Shown in pieces: positions 1 to 12,169 of a DNA stretch of 64,000 nucleotides. Origin of the DNA: Chrysomallon squamiferum (taxonomy: Eukaryota > Animalia > Mollusca). The stretch is from assembly GCA_012295275.1 (NCBI GenBank), contig CM022672.1, positions 19,220,001 through 19,284,000 of the forward strand, read 5' to 3'. The notes under the pieces are model-generated. The model did no database searches and was not told the origin of the DNA. It was given only the letters and a program-made list of their open reading frames with translations. How positions within the stretch are numbered: position 1 is the first letter of the stretch; each line of letters opens with the position of its first letter. The translations under genes were made by a program, and so were the position numbers.

Positions 1-3000
1 GTATGCTGTGAACTAGCTTGGTGTTTATTTAATTCATTAGCATCTGAAAAGGAGGTGATGTTGCACAAAGTACATCCTTTTTTCACAGCCTTTTCCTGTT
101 CCTTAAAAGAAACGAATGAAACTTAAATTGATACATTTTGTACACATAAAAAATTTACTAGCAATTCATTAAATCAAGGCTTTAATGGAGTCAGCAAAAG
201 ATATCAGATCCAATATTCTAGTAATATATATATAGAGTATATCTTTTTTTTTTTTTTTTAGGAACCATGTTAATGATAACTGAAAAAATGCAGTCTAAAT
301 ACAAAGATTTAGATGAATTAAACTTTAACTATACTTAGTTAGAAACAAATGCCAGAACAAAAGACATAAATTAAAAATATAATACAACACAAATCCAAAC
401 ATACCTTATGAAATGCTGATTTCTGATGCACAGCCAGTGTTGATTTTACATCAGTACAGCAGATGTTACATTTAACTGGGCTAATAAAACAAATTATTGA
501 AAACAAATTTTTATTTCAACATGATACAAGAAATGAAAATATGTATTTACCTGTTTCTAACAAATCTGACCATTCTACTACCAAAGTCAAAAAAAAGAAA
601 AGAAGTATTAATGAATAAACTGCATACTTTTCCTTTACTAATCAATGGTCAGCTAATAATGGTGTTTTAGAATATGGTTGCAGAAATAGGCCCACTTGCC
701 ACTGGCATACACAGCTAACCAAAAAATTAATATTTTACTCTATAATTTTAACAGCTCTAAAAATGAAAGTTCAAATAATTGATTAGAAAGAGTTTTACAA
801 ACCTGCTTTTAGATTCATCACTGGATGTATTCTCCTTCTTAGTATTCTGTAACAGAAATATAATAGTAAATAAAACAAATAATTGAATTTTTTTTTTTTT
901 GTGTCATGAAGATTATAATCACATGAATTATTATTTTCTTAAATTTAGCCCTTAAATTGTTCAGATAAAAGTCTGTCAGTATTTTTTTAAGAATTAGAAA
1001 CATGCTACAAGCTTGTATGTCATCATCAGTTGGCCACTATGGTTTCCTATATATAGGCACACCTCATTGTCTGCAGTTACATATAGTCTTATACCATCTC
1101 AGCCTTTTCATTAATGCAAAACCTTTCTAAAGTAAACAACATTCATCAAATAAAATGCTAAAAGGTCACGCACAAAAATACGGTAACAATATTTTAAATG
1201 TTTACTTTGTTATCAAAAAAATTACAAAATCAAGCTTACCTTTTTGTGTTCCACACTTGCTCGATGCTTGTCAAGTTCTTTACCATCAGAAAAGGAGGTA
1301 ATCTTGCAATCCTCACAACCCTTTTCTATTGCCTGAACTCGATTCTGAAAACCCAACGTTAGCATTTAGAAATGAACATAATTATGAAAATGTTAGACAA
1401 GATCGATTTCATTTTAAAATTATAATTTTTTTTTATATTAGTTACATTTCTTTTAAATTTCGATATTTTGGCTCATCTGAATATACTGTACTGAAAAAAT
1501 CATGAAGATCAGGTTAGTCACAGAAATATTTTTCTCCCAAAAACTCAGTAACAGCATAATCTACAGTAAATTCTATATTGGTGAAAATTTATAATTGAAA
1601 TAACTTTTATTTTTTTATTTGAATAGGGTGTTTACAGATCAATAAGTGCCACAGTTTCTGTATGAAACAAAAATTCAAAATCAAGAGAATGAATACCTGA
1701 TGCTGTTTCAAACCAGTGTGATACTCCAGAGGCCCTTTCACTTTAAAACAACATGAATTGCAGTAAAACATTCTGCAAAATAAAAACAAATACATTTTAT
1801 TTTATTTCTATATTTCCATACTGAAGTAAAAAAAGATTGCATTTTAATAAATGCCTCACCAAATTTATGGATAGTACTCTGTTCAGTTATTTCTCTGGAT
1901 TTTTACTTTCTTTTTTTTGTACATGAGAAAAAAAAAAAAGACCTATCTTTCCATTTTTTGGATGCAAATAATAGTAGTCAACAACAAAAATAAATCGACT
2001 TACTCTGCATTTCTGAGACTTGCCTCCTTCTGTTTCACTTTGGCCTGTTTAAAAAAATAATTGGTAAAGTACAAAATCACCCCAAAGAAAACGATTAACA
2101 CCAAGTATAGTATCTAACATTCAAAGAAATTTCATTTTTATATCTGTTCTTATGTACATCATTCTCCAAGGGCTTTCCAAAGAAAACTACTAGCCAATAA
2201 TTATGAAATACAACTTTATGATTTTGTTTCAACATTCTCATAACCAATTTTTTGAAGAAAACAATCACCTGCAACAATATTACTTTTGAAAATACCAAAC
2301 ACATGCATAAGTCAAACAAAGATTTTATTATAATTTAAAAACAAATAAATGTCACTCTACCTTATGTGAAGCTGACTGATTGTGTATCCTGAAAGGCCCA
2401 GTAACTTTAACATTACAAACATCACAAAGTGATGGGCTACAAAAAAAAAAAAAGGAAAAATCAGTCAATAAATATAACTATGTATGCACTGTTAAATCTT
2501 TGCTTGCCATTTGTCTTTAAACAATATGACATGAAAATATCTCCATGTAAACATCTGTAAATATTTGGTTAATTCTAATTTTATCTCAAAATTTAAAATG
2601 CCCAAATTATATGTGTAATTTTTGATCTATAGTGACTGACCTTCATAAGATTTATTTTTGGGTCATCTACTGGTATGATTTTCTATTTTTGAAATGCTAA
2701 CCAAATAATACTTGTTCAGAAATGTATTAAGTTATACATGGAATAAATGTGTATAAAAATAAAACAGTTCAGATGAAAAGAATTAACAATCAAATAATAA
2801 TAAATAACATTGTTAAGGATCTCTTATTCAACTGCTTAGAAGATTTCAGAAAACAAACCAAATACCAAGAATATAATCTATGACTAAATAGGAAATTTAT
2901 TTATTTCTGATACTGCTTGAACAGATAACAGGTACTATGTTTCTTACTTTTTATTTTTTCGAATATTTTTTGCTTGAAATAAAGTTTGTATATACTAAAC

Positions 3001-6000
3001 CACTGGTTTTCAACCTGTTCCATACTGCGATCCCTTATTATGAGCAACTCAATATGACCGATGACTCCCTTTAAAATTTTTGATTCAATAATATCTAGGT
3101 TACCATGTTTTCATTGACAAAAGGAATCTCTATATACTATGACGGGTCCCAAACCTAGCAAACCCCAGGTTGAAAACTTATGTATTAAACCATCTAAAAA
3201 CTGCAAGCTATCATTACGTCTGCATTTTAGAAATGTTTGTTTCATATTTCAGTATCTTTTGGATTAAGGAACGTTTATATAAAGGATCATTAACCTTAAA
3301 TCTTTTTAATAAATATTTTATTTATACATACCCTTTCTGTGGACTTGATGTAGAAGCATTTGGTTTTCTTTCAGTCTGAAACAACAAAAACAGAATTACC
3401 ATAAGAATAAGCATGGGTTATGCTCTTTCTTGATACAAATGTCAAACATATTACGGAATTTCACTATGACAGAAAAAATGGTTGGTGATATCAATATGAA
3501 CAACACTAACAAAATGACAACAAAAACTAACTGTAAATATGTGTAGCAAACAAATGATTAATCTTTGTAAAGAAAAATTAATGATATGGCATTCATTTAT
3601 ATTTCCAGATATAACCTTTCTGCTCAGAAACCAATACAATTACATAATAATGTAATAATGTCAGTATTCCGTATTATTTAAACAGATCAAAATCAAGTGT
3701 TTCTTGTCTAGCAAAGCCTTATTAATTGTGAATACTGAGCTATTAAAAATAAGCACCAGCAGTATTTCTCTTGACAATTAAATAAATCAATTGTATTTTT
3801 CAAATAACAAGCACATATATTTAATAATTTACTGTATTATTTGTTAAAATGTTATTTTAAAAAGTTCAAGATTTTGTTGTTTTAAACCAACCTTTTCAGC
3901 TGATTCTTTGTTTTCTGCCTCTTTGTTGTCTTGTTTATCATCACTTCGTTTCCTTAACTGTCTCGACTAAAGATATGACAGGCATATTATGAATGTTTCA
4001 TACAAAACTGTGATTGATTTTGCTCAGCAAGCTAATTTTTTCCACTGGGGAAACTAATCTTCATGAACAAATACTATATTGCTTTAAATTTAAAAACAAT
4101 TCCCCCCCCCAAGAAATAAAAAAAAAGGTTTAAAATTTCTTTATCCATTTATATTTATGTATAATGATTATGCTTACCCATCACAGCTCTCACAAAATGC
4201 AAAAATTAAAAACGAAAGCAACTAAACAAGTCATATATCAGAAGAAAAAGTTATAATATTTTCATTTGACGATTGGATACCTGTGTTACCAGTAATGACT
4301 TGGTAAAAGAAATGAAAAACACAAATTTATAATAACATACAAAGGTAATTTGAAGAAACTATTTTCTAGTAACGGTTCTTTGTTAGCAAAAACACACTAA
4401 AAAGATTAACTATCACTCAATGACTTCTTTATCAACTTAAACCAAAGCGGGGTATAAAATGAAAGGGCAATGCCAGACTAAAGGGAAATATACTGATGCA
4501 AGAAAATTTTAATGCAAGATTTAAATGCAGTTCTCAAAACTATGATCCGACCCTATTTTTTGGTTGTTATGAACTGTGACTAAAAAAAATACCCCAAAAC
4601 TTGTAAAATGGTTTTAGTCTAACAATCATGATATCTGAATATCACATCACACTGAAAATATCAAAATTATTCTGCAAAGAAGCATGGTCAGAACACTTGA
4701 GTGTTACTTCTATAGCAATTATTTGCAGCATTATTTTTTTTTTTTTTATGTTATTTCTGCCCTACTCCTACTGGAAGATACCACATCCAACATTTCCAGT
4801 TTTTCATTTCACAGCAAAGATTTTTTTTTTCAATTTAAAAAAACCGACAAACATCATGTACATCTATCTCAAAGGTGATCAGATGACTTAGATTCACCCA
4901 ACATGAAAGATGCAAAATAGAATTCTTGGTATAAAAGTGTGCTATCTAGTTGATGCTTTAAATCACTGTTTTTGTCACTTTCTAATTTACAGCTGAAATT
5001 AACTGTATCATACAAATTGCTTAAATTAGTATTCAACTTATTCAATGAAAATAAGTTTTTTGAGTTTCAATCCAGTAATAAAATGAAATTTCTAGATGTC
5101 AGTCACTCTTTGATAATACTTAAGACATAAATAATATATATTCTCTTTTCAAATCTCAAAACAATTGTCCAATTCAGTTTTGCAAAAGCCAAGCTTTATA
5201 AAAATGTAACACACATCTAGGCAGGTATCTATTCAGTCATTTTAAAGTTTCAGGACATTCTAAATAAAAACATTCAATTTTGTGACTGACAAGTAAAGCC
5301 CTTTTATCTGACATTATCTTCATCAATACAGAAAAGGAAATTCTTACCCTCGATTCTAAGCTGCGTCTTTGTGTTTCAAGCAGTCGTGCTCGCTCTTTTA
5401 ATCGCTGGCCCATTGTACGTACCAGAGAGCCAGTTTGCATGCGAGATTTAGTCATCATTTGACGCTTCCTCATTATTTCAGCAATCTGATGTTGCCTTTT
5501 CACTAAACTGGATTGCACTGCAATCGTTTTTTCTTGATCATTCTGTTTTGCTATTGTAGCCTGATTTTTCAGAGCTAATGCTCTAGCTTGCTTTGCCATT
5601 ATCTGTCTGTGTGCATCAATTTCCATACGCTGTTCAGCATTCTGCTGCATCTTTAGCCTACCAAGTCTTCTCATTTCTTCCTGTTGACGTCGATCTTCCA
5701 TCATTCTTTCGTGACTGGATAAATCTGAAGCCACTTTTTGTTCATCTTTCAGTTCCAGAGTCATTCTATTAGATTCTACATCTTGACTCCTTAATCTTTC
5801 TTTATTAAGAACATATTGTGGAATTCCTCTGCCCTTGTGTTGCTCACTTACCATTTCAGTGCTTCTTGGAATTTGATGTTCCCCATCTCTCATTTCTTGT
5901 CGTTTTCTATAAAGAAGCTGTCTATTGTCTTCTCTTTCTTGCTCTCTTGCCATCTGTCTCTTAAAAAGAGTACCCTCCTTTGCTATGTCCCTAACATCTT

Positions 6001-7306
6001 GATGCCTACCACCAAAACCAGTCTGCTTTCTTGAGAGTGACTGATCATGTTCAAACATGCGTGGTGCAATAGGCTCTTGGGTGAAATAGGTTTCAAGCTG
6101 CATACCTTGTTTAGAAGGGCTGTTTGCAAACATTTCCCCTTGTAATCTGCCTTGATTCCTAGGGGCATCTAAATACATTCTCGGGTCAGTTTCCATTCTA
6201 TTTCTCATTCTAATAGCATTTTCATTCTGGTTGGGGACATCTCTGGCAAAAGCAGTATTTCTGTTTGGAACATTGGAGCCTACAATTTCATTACTGGCAC
6301 TGAAACTGTTATCAGTTTTTCTTCCTATAACATAATCTAATCTACTGCTCAGTGCAGATCGCATCAAATTGTCATCAGCAGTAAAACCTTCACTACTTCT
6401 GTTGTAATTTCCTCCATGCTGACTCCTCTTTTCATAGTCAGGGAAATTACGTGAAGCATTATAGCTATCCAGAGGTGGATCATTTATTTTTGATGAACCA
6501 CCTTCCAATGTATTTCTGCTACCCCTAAAACGATCATATTTATCCAGAGGCATAAGGGGGTTATAATGTCTATTTATGCCTTTGTCAAAGAAGTCATTTT
6601 GAGGGTCAGGTCTGCTGTACTGATCTTGAGGTTTATTTAATGATCTGTAGTCATCAGATGTTTGATATCTTTCTGTTTTGCTATGAGGACTATATATGCC
6701 AGACGGGCCATGAACCGCAGTTCTGTAACTATCAATATCAGGTTTTGTTCTATTCAAAAGACTTTCATAAGGTTCTTTGTCTGGCAAGTTTCTCTGCATC
6801 CTACCCTCTGCAGTTCTATATGTGTCCAGACTATCATAGCTTCTAATCTGATCCTTTCTACCATAAATTTTATTTCTGTCTAATTCTCTATTTTCAGTCA
6901 CACCAAAACTGGGTGAAGAAGTCTGGTAACTATCAAACTTCAATCCCTGAATTTTGTTTTGCATCCAATTGCTACTGCTATAATCTTCTGATCTTTGAAA
7001 TCTGTCAACAGAATCATTAAATCCTCTTTTCACCTTGGAGGAAACGTCATGTTGCCTGCTGTCTCGCTTTTGAAAGCCATGATCAATAGATCTATTGCCC
7101 CAGTTGGATGAATTAAATCCAGCTGTGGCATTACCTCTGCCAGAGGATTTGCTTTCACAAGCTACTGATGAACTAGGGTCAAAAGACAGATTTCTTGTAT
7201 TAGGGTTGCTTTCATCAATGAAAGAAGAACCCCGCTGCTGGGAAGTCCGTCCATAAGGTTGAAACCTGGAGCCACCCTTGGCATATTCAGAACCCCAATT
7301 CTGCAT
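1..7306 (-). CDS. Gene A: Pep (protein on ecdysone puffs)/matrin-like multi-zinc-finger protein, 3'-truncated by the window edge
   Basis: Coding exons (minus strand): 7306-5348, 3966-3892, 3375-3332, 2436-2361, 2044-2004, 1772-1697, 1344-1240, 846-803, 480-405, 101-<1. All introns are GT-AG with consistent phases (0,0,2,0,2,0,0,2,0). Fingers: CDVCNVKVTGPFRIHNQSASH, CNSCCFKVKGPLEYHTGLKQH, CEDCKITSFSDGKELDKHRASVEH, CNICCTDVKSTLAVHQKSAFH, CTLCNITSFSDANELNKHQASSQH, all with H-x5-H spacing (U1/matrin type). The exon structure is well supported; the family name is inferred from recalled Pep motifs. Confidence 0.8.
3001..3182. mobile_element. hAT/Charlie-like MITE (182 bp) in a gene A intron
   Basis: Terminal inverted repeats CACTGGTTTTCAACCTG ... 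CAGGTTGAAAACTTATG with a perfect 12-bp core. Flanked by an 8-bp near-perfect target-site duplication TACTAAAC/TATTAAAC. The TIR resembles the CAGTGGTTYTCAACCT ends of MER5/MER20-type elements. Confidence 0.75.
5348..7306 (-). CDS. Gene A giant first coding exon (653 codons): S/R/D/G/N-rich disordered region, then a Q/R/E/M-rich predicted coiled coil
   Basis: ORF 5237..7324 trimmed by the acceptor tttttcag|AAATCATG (exon starts 7311, ATG 7306) and the donor TCGAGG|gtaag at 5347; 1959 nt, phase 0. Confidence 0.88.
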
Positions 7307-7965
7307 GATTTCTGAAAAATACAACGCATGTGTTCAAAACACATTATTTTTTAAATCTGTTGAAACATGGCAGGAATTCTGTGCATATACAATGCAGCAT
7401 GAATACAGCTGTTTGCTGTGTCATCATTTTGTATTTACAATTTGCATTTACATTTCGTGTTTTTCAGATGTGTTCAGTTTCACAGTTTTTAAATGCCACT
7501 CATCATATCAGTTAGATCTAAATTTGGAGGATTGACATTAACATCTTACATACTGAAGAAAAGAACAAATTTACACAAATAGAATTCATTTGGTTTTCTC
7601 AATATTCACTGCTTACTGCTGGAACACAACAGCCAATTTAGATTTTTGCAAGTGTATGACAGCATGCAAATAAATACATCACCTGTAACATTACATACTA
7701 AATGCTTAACATGATTTTTCTTGACAATCTATTTAAAAGTGCAGATATATTAAAATATTCAAGCATCTTACAAAGTATACCAATGAAGTGAACATGTATC
7801 TTTAAAAGTTTTTATATTCTTCTGTCCACAATCAACATTAACTCTATTAAAATAATATATTAAAACATGTAATGATTACATCAGCAGATACATGAACTGG
7901 TAATCATTTTAGCCTCTGATCATCTAATAATCATATCAAATTTAAAATAATTTGTAACTTAATGC

Positions 7966-8492
7966 CAGGGTTCGAATTTAGGCTAAAATTAGTGGAAGCA
8001 ATCATGCATCACTCTTTTCAAAAACTAAGAGTCTAGCATGAAAAGTGAATACAAACAATAAAATGCATGAGCAACTGGTAAATTATTTAACAAAAATAAC
8101 AATGGCATATGCGCACAAAAGCCAAAATGCACCAACATAACAATTTATGTAGTGGACAACTCCAACAAATTTATAACCAAGTTAGGTAATCTCAAATAAC
8201 TACATATATATATATATATAGCATGAAAAAAATTCAACTCTCCCAGCTGCGATTTTTCTTAAAATCTAATGCAATAATGAATTAATGTTCTTACTTAATG
8301 ACGAGAAGAAGAAATGAATAGTTGTCTTGATAGGGCTAGTATTTTGTAAAATATTGTACAGCATTTCTTTTTCAATAATTTCATGATACTTATGATGCAC
8401 AATTCTGGGAGCCAATGGAGTTTGTGAAAATTTGAAGAACTTAAAAAGTTTAAGTATCAAAAGGACAAGGCCTCCACTAAATTCGAACCCTG
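7966..8492. mobile_element. Non-autonomous DNA transposon/MITE (527 bp), hAT-like, in gene A intron 1
   Basis: Perfect 16-bp TIR CAGGGTTCGAATTTAG (7966-7981) / CTAAATTCGAACCCTG (8477-8492), plus subterminal AGTGGA(A/G)GC. No convincing TSD and no transposase ORF. Confidence 0.7.
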
Positions 8493-9996
8493 ACTGCTTA
8501 TTTGGCATCTATTTGTATAATCTGTAACCTTCCAGCACAATTATATAAAACAAGTGAATTCAGGTGCTTTGTTTCTCCTTCATTTATAAACAGAAAACTT
8601 TCTTCTTGGAAATCAAATAACTGCAGATACCAAAACTAATGGGGTAATAATTTATATTTGTTTTATATATACAAATGTATTTATATATGCATAGCAATGG
8701 GCAAGTATTTCTTACAAACAGAAAGAATCCAATTTTCTTCTCAAGTTCTTTTCTGTGTCTTCAATGATCCCAGACTATACCTGTGTTACAGAGTAAAATA
8801 ATACATTTAACCACATCTATTAGATCTGCATTTCAGCCTTGATCGCTGAGGCAGAAACAAATTTTCAATTAAAAAGAATTATAGGTGCCTTCCAATTAAA
8901 TTTATCTGAAGCAAAATGAATACTTATGGAGTTTTTGTTGACTGCAATTATTGTTCTCATTTACTATGATTCTGCTACTGAAACATCTCAGATCGCATCA
9001 ACATAGCTTACATATAAGGGAAACAATTATTCTGATACCTTACAATTCTTTTGACACTGATGAAACTAAAAATTCAATGTCATGATTTCCCAGTCAACAA
9101 TTTGTGTCAATTCCCAATTTTTATTATATAGTCTAAGTTTGATAAATGGACTCTTATGTCAATTTAACTCCAATTTACACATATGTTAATCAAGAAATTG
9201 ATGACACATCTTAATGAATAGTTGAAAGCCATTTGGGCATACTGACTTTGTTTTCGGTTTTTAATTTCATATGTAAACATCTCAACTAATAGTTAATCTT
9301 ATGATATTAGATTTACATAAATTGTCTGCTTTACTGATTTTAAGAAGTAGGTTTTGTGACAACAAATTGTTGTATATTATAACCACTTAACTTTTTTTTT
9401 TTTTTAATTAACACAGAAAACACTGCTGGAAGTGTATTAATTTTAAAGCAAAACAACAACTTTAACAGTGATTATGTCACAATCTCATTTTGTTATAGAA
9501 AAATAAAGATAGTATTCTTTTCTGGAATAATTTTTCTAAAATTTATCAATCATTACTTTATTACAAATACCCTAACAAATGATCCACAAGTTCAAAAAAA
9601 TATTCTGTTCTATTCTTCTTCTTCTTTTTTGACAGCGCAATATATTAAAAGTTACCAGATATTGTGGGATGGTGTCAGAACTGTTCTGACCAAAAATTTG
9701 TCATCCCTGGATCAAATAATTTAGAATACAATTAACATTTAAAATATTCAACATTTTTTTTTTTTTTTTTTTTTTTTTAATCGAAGCTAAGAAGAAAACA
9801 TCAAAAATTTCCAATGAAATATATTTTACTATTCAACTAATTAGATTTCTCATAACATTTTCAAATCGAAGAACAAAGAATTGAACTATTTCATTGGTGC
9901 AATGTTTTCTTCAAGGTATTTCACATGGCCGCGAAGAAGAGAAAAATTAGCTAGAATTATATTAATTTTATAAATTTTACAAGACAAAATGCTTAC

Positions 9997-10140
9997 ATTC
10001 GATTATGTAGATAAGTCGCACGAAATCAGGAATTCTGTTAAATACTGACAATATTTACCAAATATGCTTATAATTTAAAAATAAACCCAAAATACCAAGA
10101 ATGCAAAACTACACCTTGATCACTTTCACATCCGGGCACG
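9997..10140 (-). other. Probable non-coding first exon of gene A
   Basis: Strong minus-strand donor AAT|GTAAGC at 9996, local CpG enrichment, ETS-like CCGGATGT at 10128-10135. The 5' boundary is approximate. Confidence 0.5.
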
Positions 10141-10923
10141 CTTATTCCGTGTTGTTTCGACCTTATTTTTCTATTCTTCGAATGATTGAATATTCTGTCT
10201 TTTATTTCTCTTTCGGATATCATTTAATTCTACCTTCCGCCTCCCCATTCGTATTTTATTTATTAAAAAATTCAGCATAAAATAATTAATATAAAGAAAA
10301 AAAAAACTATATAAATAAATTTCTAACACTGAATGTTTTGCAGGCTATAATACAAACAAAGAAGGAAATTATTCTACCTTATACAGAATTGACTTAATAG
10401 AAATACAATATTGCAAGAAGCACGAAAGGAATTCCGAGAATAATAATAATTAAAAAAATAAAAATAAAATAATAATAATAATTTTTCTACTAAAGGGATG
10501 AATTAATGATATTTGTTAAGCATGAATTCTTTCTCTTGTTAGAAAAATCAGAAATTAATTAAAATAAATAAATTCTTAATAATCCATTAAATGTCGAATA
10601 AATGTTTTAATGAGCATGTTATATTTTAATGTATTTTGTAATAGTTAAAAGAAGAATTAAGAAGAATTTTTATCAATTTTGACTATATCTGTAATTTGTA
10701 TAAATGGAATATGGCATATGACTTCATAATAATGTTTACCAGTTAGATTGCTAGGTGTTGATTTGTATCGAATACAGCATGTCATCATGTATGAATTAAT
10801 TATGGAAAAGAATGGTGAAAATGGGATATATAACATATTGATGATAAATGTGTTTGGTAGAAGACTAATTTTAAGGAAAAATAATGAAAATAAATATACC
10901 TCAGTCTTTTTCCCTTCTTTTTA

Positions 10924-10971
<48 letters not shown>

Positions 10972-11300
10972 TGAAACAGATTTATAGGACAGCGATCGAA
11001 AGTGAATAATATTTAGAATGTTTTAAAATAATTTTAAAATGTGTGATGTGTGTATTCTTCCATCTGAAAATGTTGACGGGGAACGTGATAATCGAATTGT
11101 CAAAAATTATTGAAAGCATTTAATAGAAACTACAGTGGAAAGTTTTTTTTATTATTTTTTGTTTGTTTTGTTGTTTTATTATAGACTTTATAAACTCCGC
11201 AAGATTACACGTAACAAATTTAATATTTAGCTTAATGCACTGGTGGTTCATTTTCCGTTGACCACGTTATTTCATTGGACTTCAAAAGGCGGTCTATTTG
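10120..11300. promoter_or_regulatory. Divergent (bidirectional) promoter region between genes A and B
   Basis: About 1.1 kb separates two oppositely oriented first exons. CpG-containing patches occur at both ends, with an ETS-like site at 10128, TTCCGCC near 10234, TTTCCG near 11252 and a reverse CCAAT at 11274. Confidence 0.55.
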
Positions 11301-11353
11301 CGTGCTGTTTGCGTAGACTGGTGGTGACTTTGCTGAAGTTTGCATTTGTAGCT
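11285..11353 (+). other. Probable non-coding first exon of gene B
   Basis: GC-richer patch ending at the consensus donor GCT|GTAAGT (11354); the next acceptor ttacag|AAAATG is at 12166. The start is approximate. Confidence 0.55.
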
Positions 11354-12169
11354 GTAAGTTTCACTTCTAAATATTATAATTATTACATAGTACTTTAGCC
11401 ATGCTATATATGATGTGATGCTGAAAGAACAACAATAAAATACATTTGCTGGAATGATTTTTGATAATCAAACTAATCAGCCTATGTATCTCTATCTGTC
11501 GTGTATGCAGATCCTGATGTTACAATGTTGTAATGAGTAATGGTTGACCGATAACCACCATCATAAAAATCCGTCACATTGTGAACTTCACTTTTGTGAT
11601 CAACGCTAAATGAATACATTAACAGAGGCTTTAGTCAAAGTTTTATTACAATTTATTTGTTTTATGTCAGTTCATCTATAAAAACGTAGGTATAAAACAT
11701 CTAAGTTAAGTTTAGCTTATCAAATCAACCAGTTTTTACTTCTTAATCTATCGTTTCCCAATTTCAGCAGTTATTGGGATATTATAATACTTTCATATAA
11801 ATTATAATTGGTCAAATAAAGGCTGATCAAGCACAGGAGCATTATAATTTAATATTGTTAAATCAAGTTTTTTATATTTACCATGTTAAATATTTTGTGG
11901 AAAGTAAAGAGTATATAACAATGAAAAACAAATGACACAATTTGTGACATACATCCTAATCATATTAACACTTAGATCTGTGTCAATATTAAATAATTAA
12001 AACATATTAAATTATTAAAATGATTAATAGATTTTTATTAAACTTAATTTAAGAATTTTTAGTTTCTTGTTTTAAATGGGGCACAATGGTTATTATTTTT
12101 ATTTATTTTTGTCGTTGAAATCAATAATTTTCTATTTGCTAAATGTTTTTCGATTATATCTTACAGAAA

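Noticed and set aside
640-716. Possible degenerate finger exon on the minus strand (TGT..GTGGCAAGTGGGCCT..)
   Set aside because: It has stops in the useful frames, no convincing donor, and only weak similarity to the 76-nt exons.
5237-5347. C-terminal tail of the 695-aa ORF as a single-exon gene
   Set aside because: A consensus donor at 5347 and in-phase downstream finger exons show this is intron read-through.
11400-11530. Possible C/D snoRNA in gene B intron 1
   Set aside because: Imperfect C box (ATGATGT), no clear terminal stem and no recognisable guide sequence.
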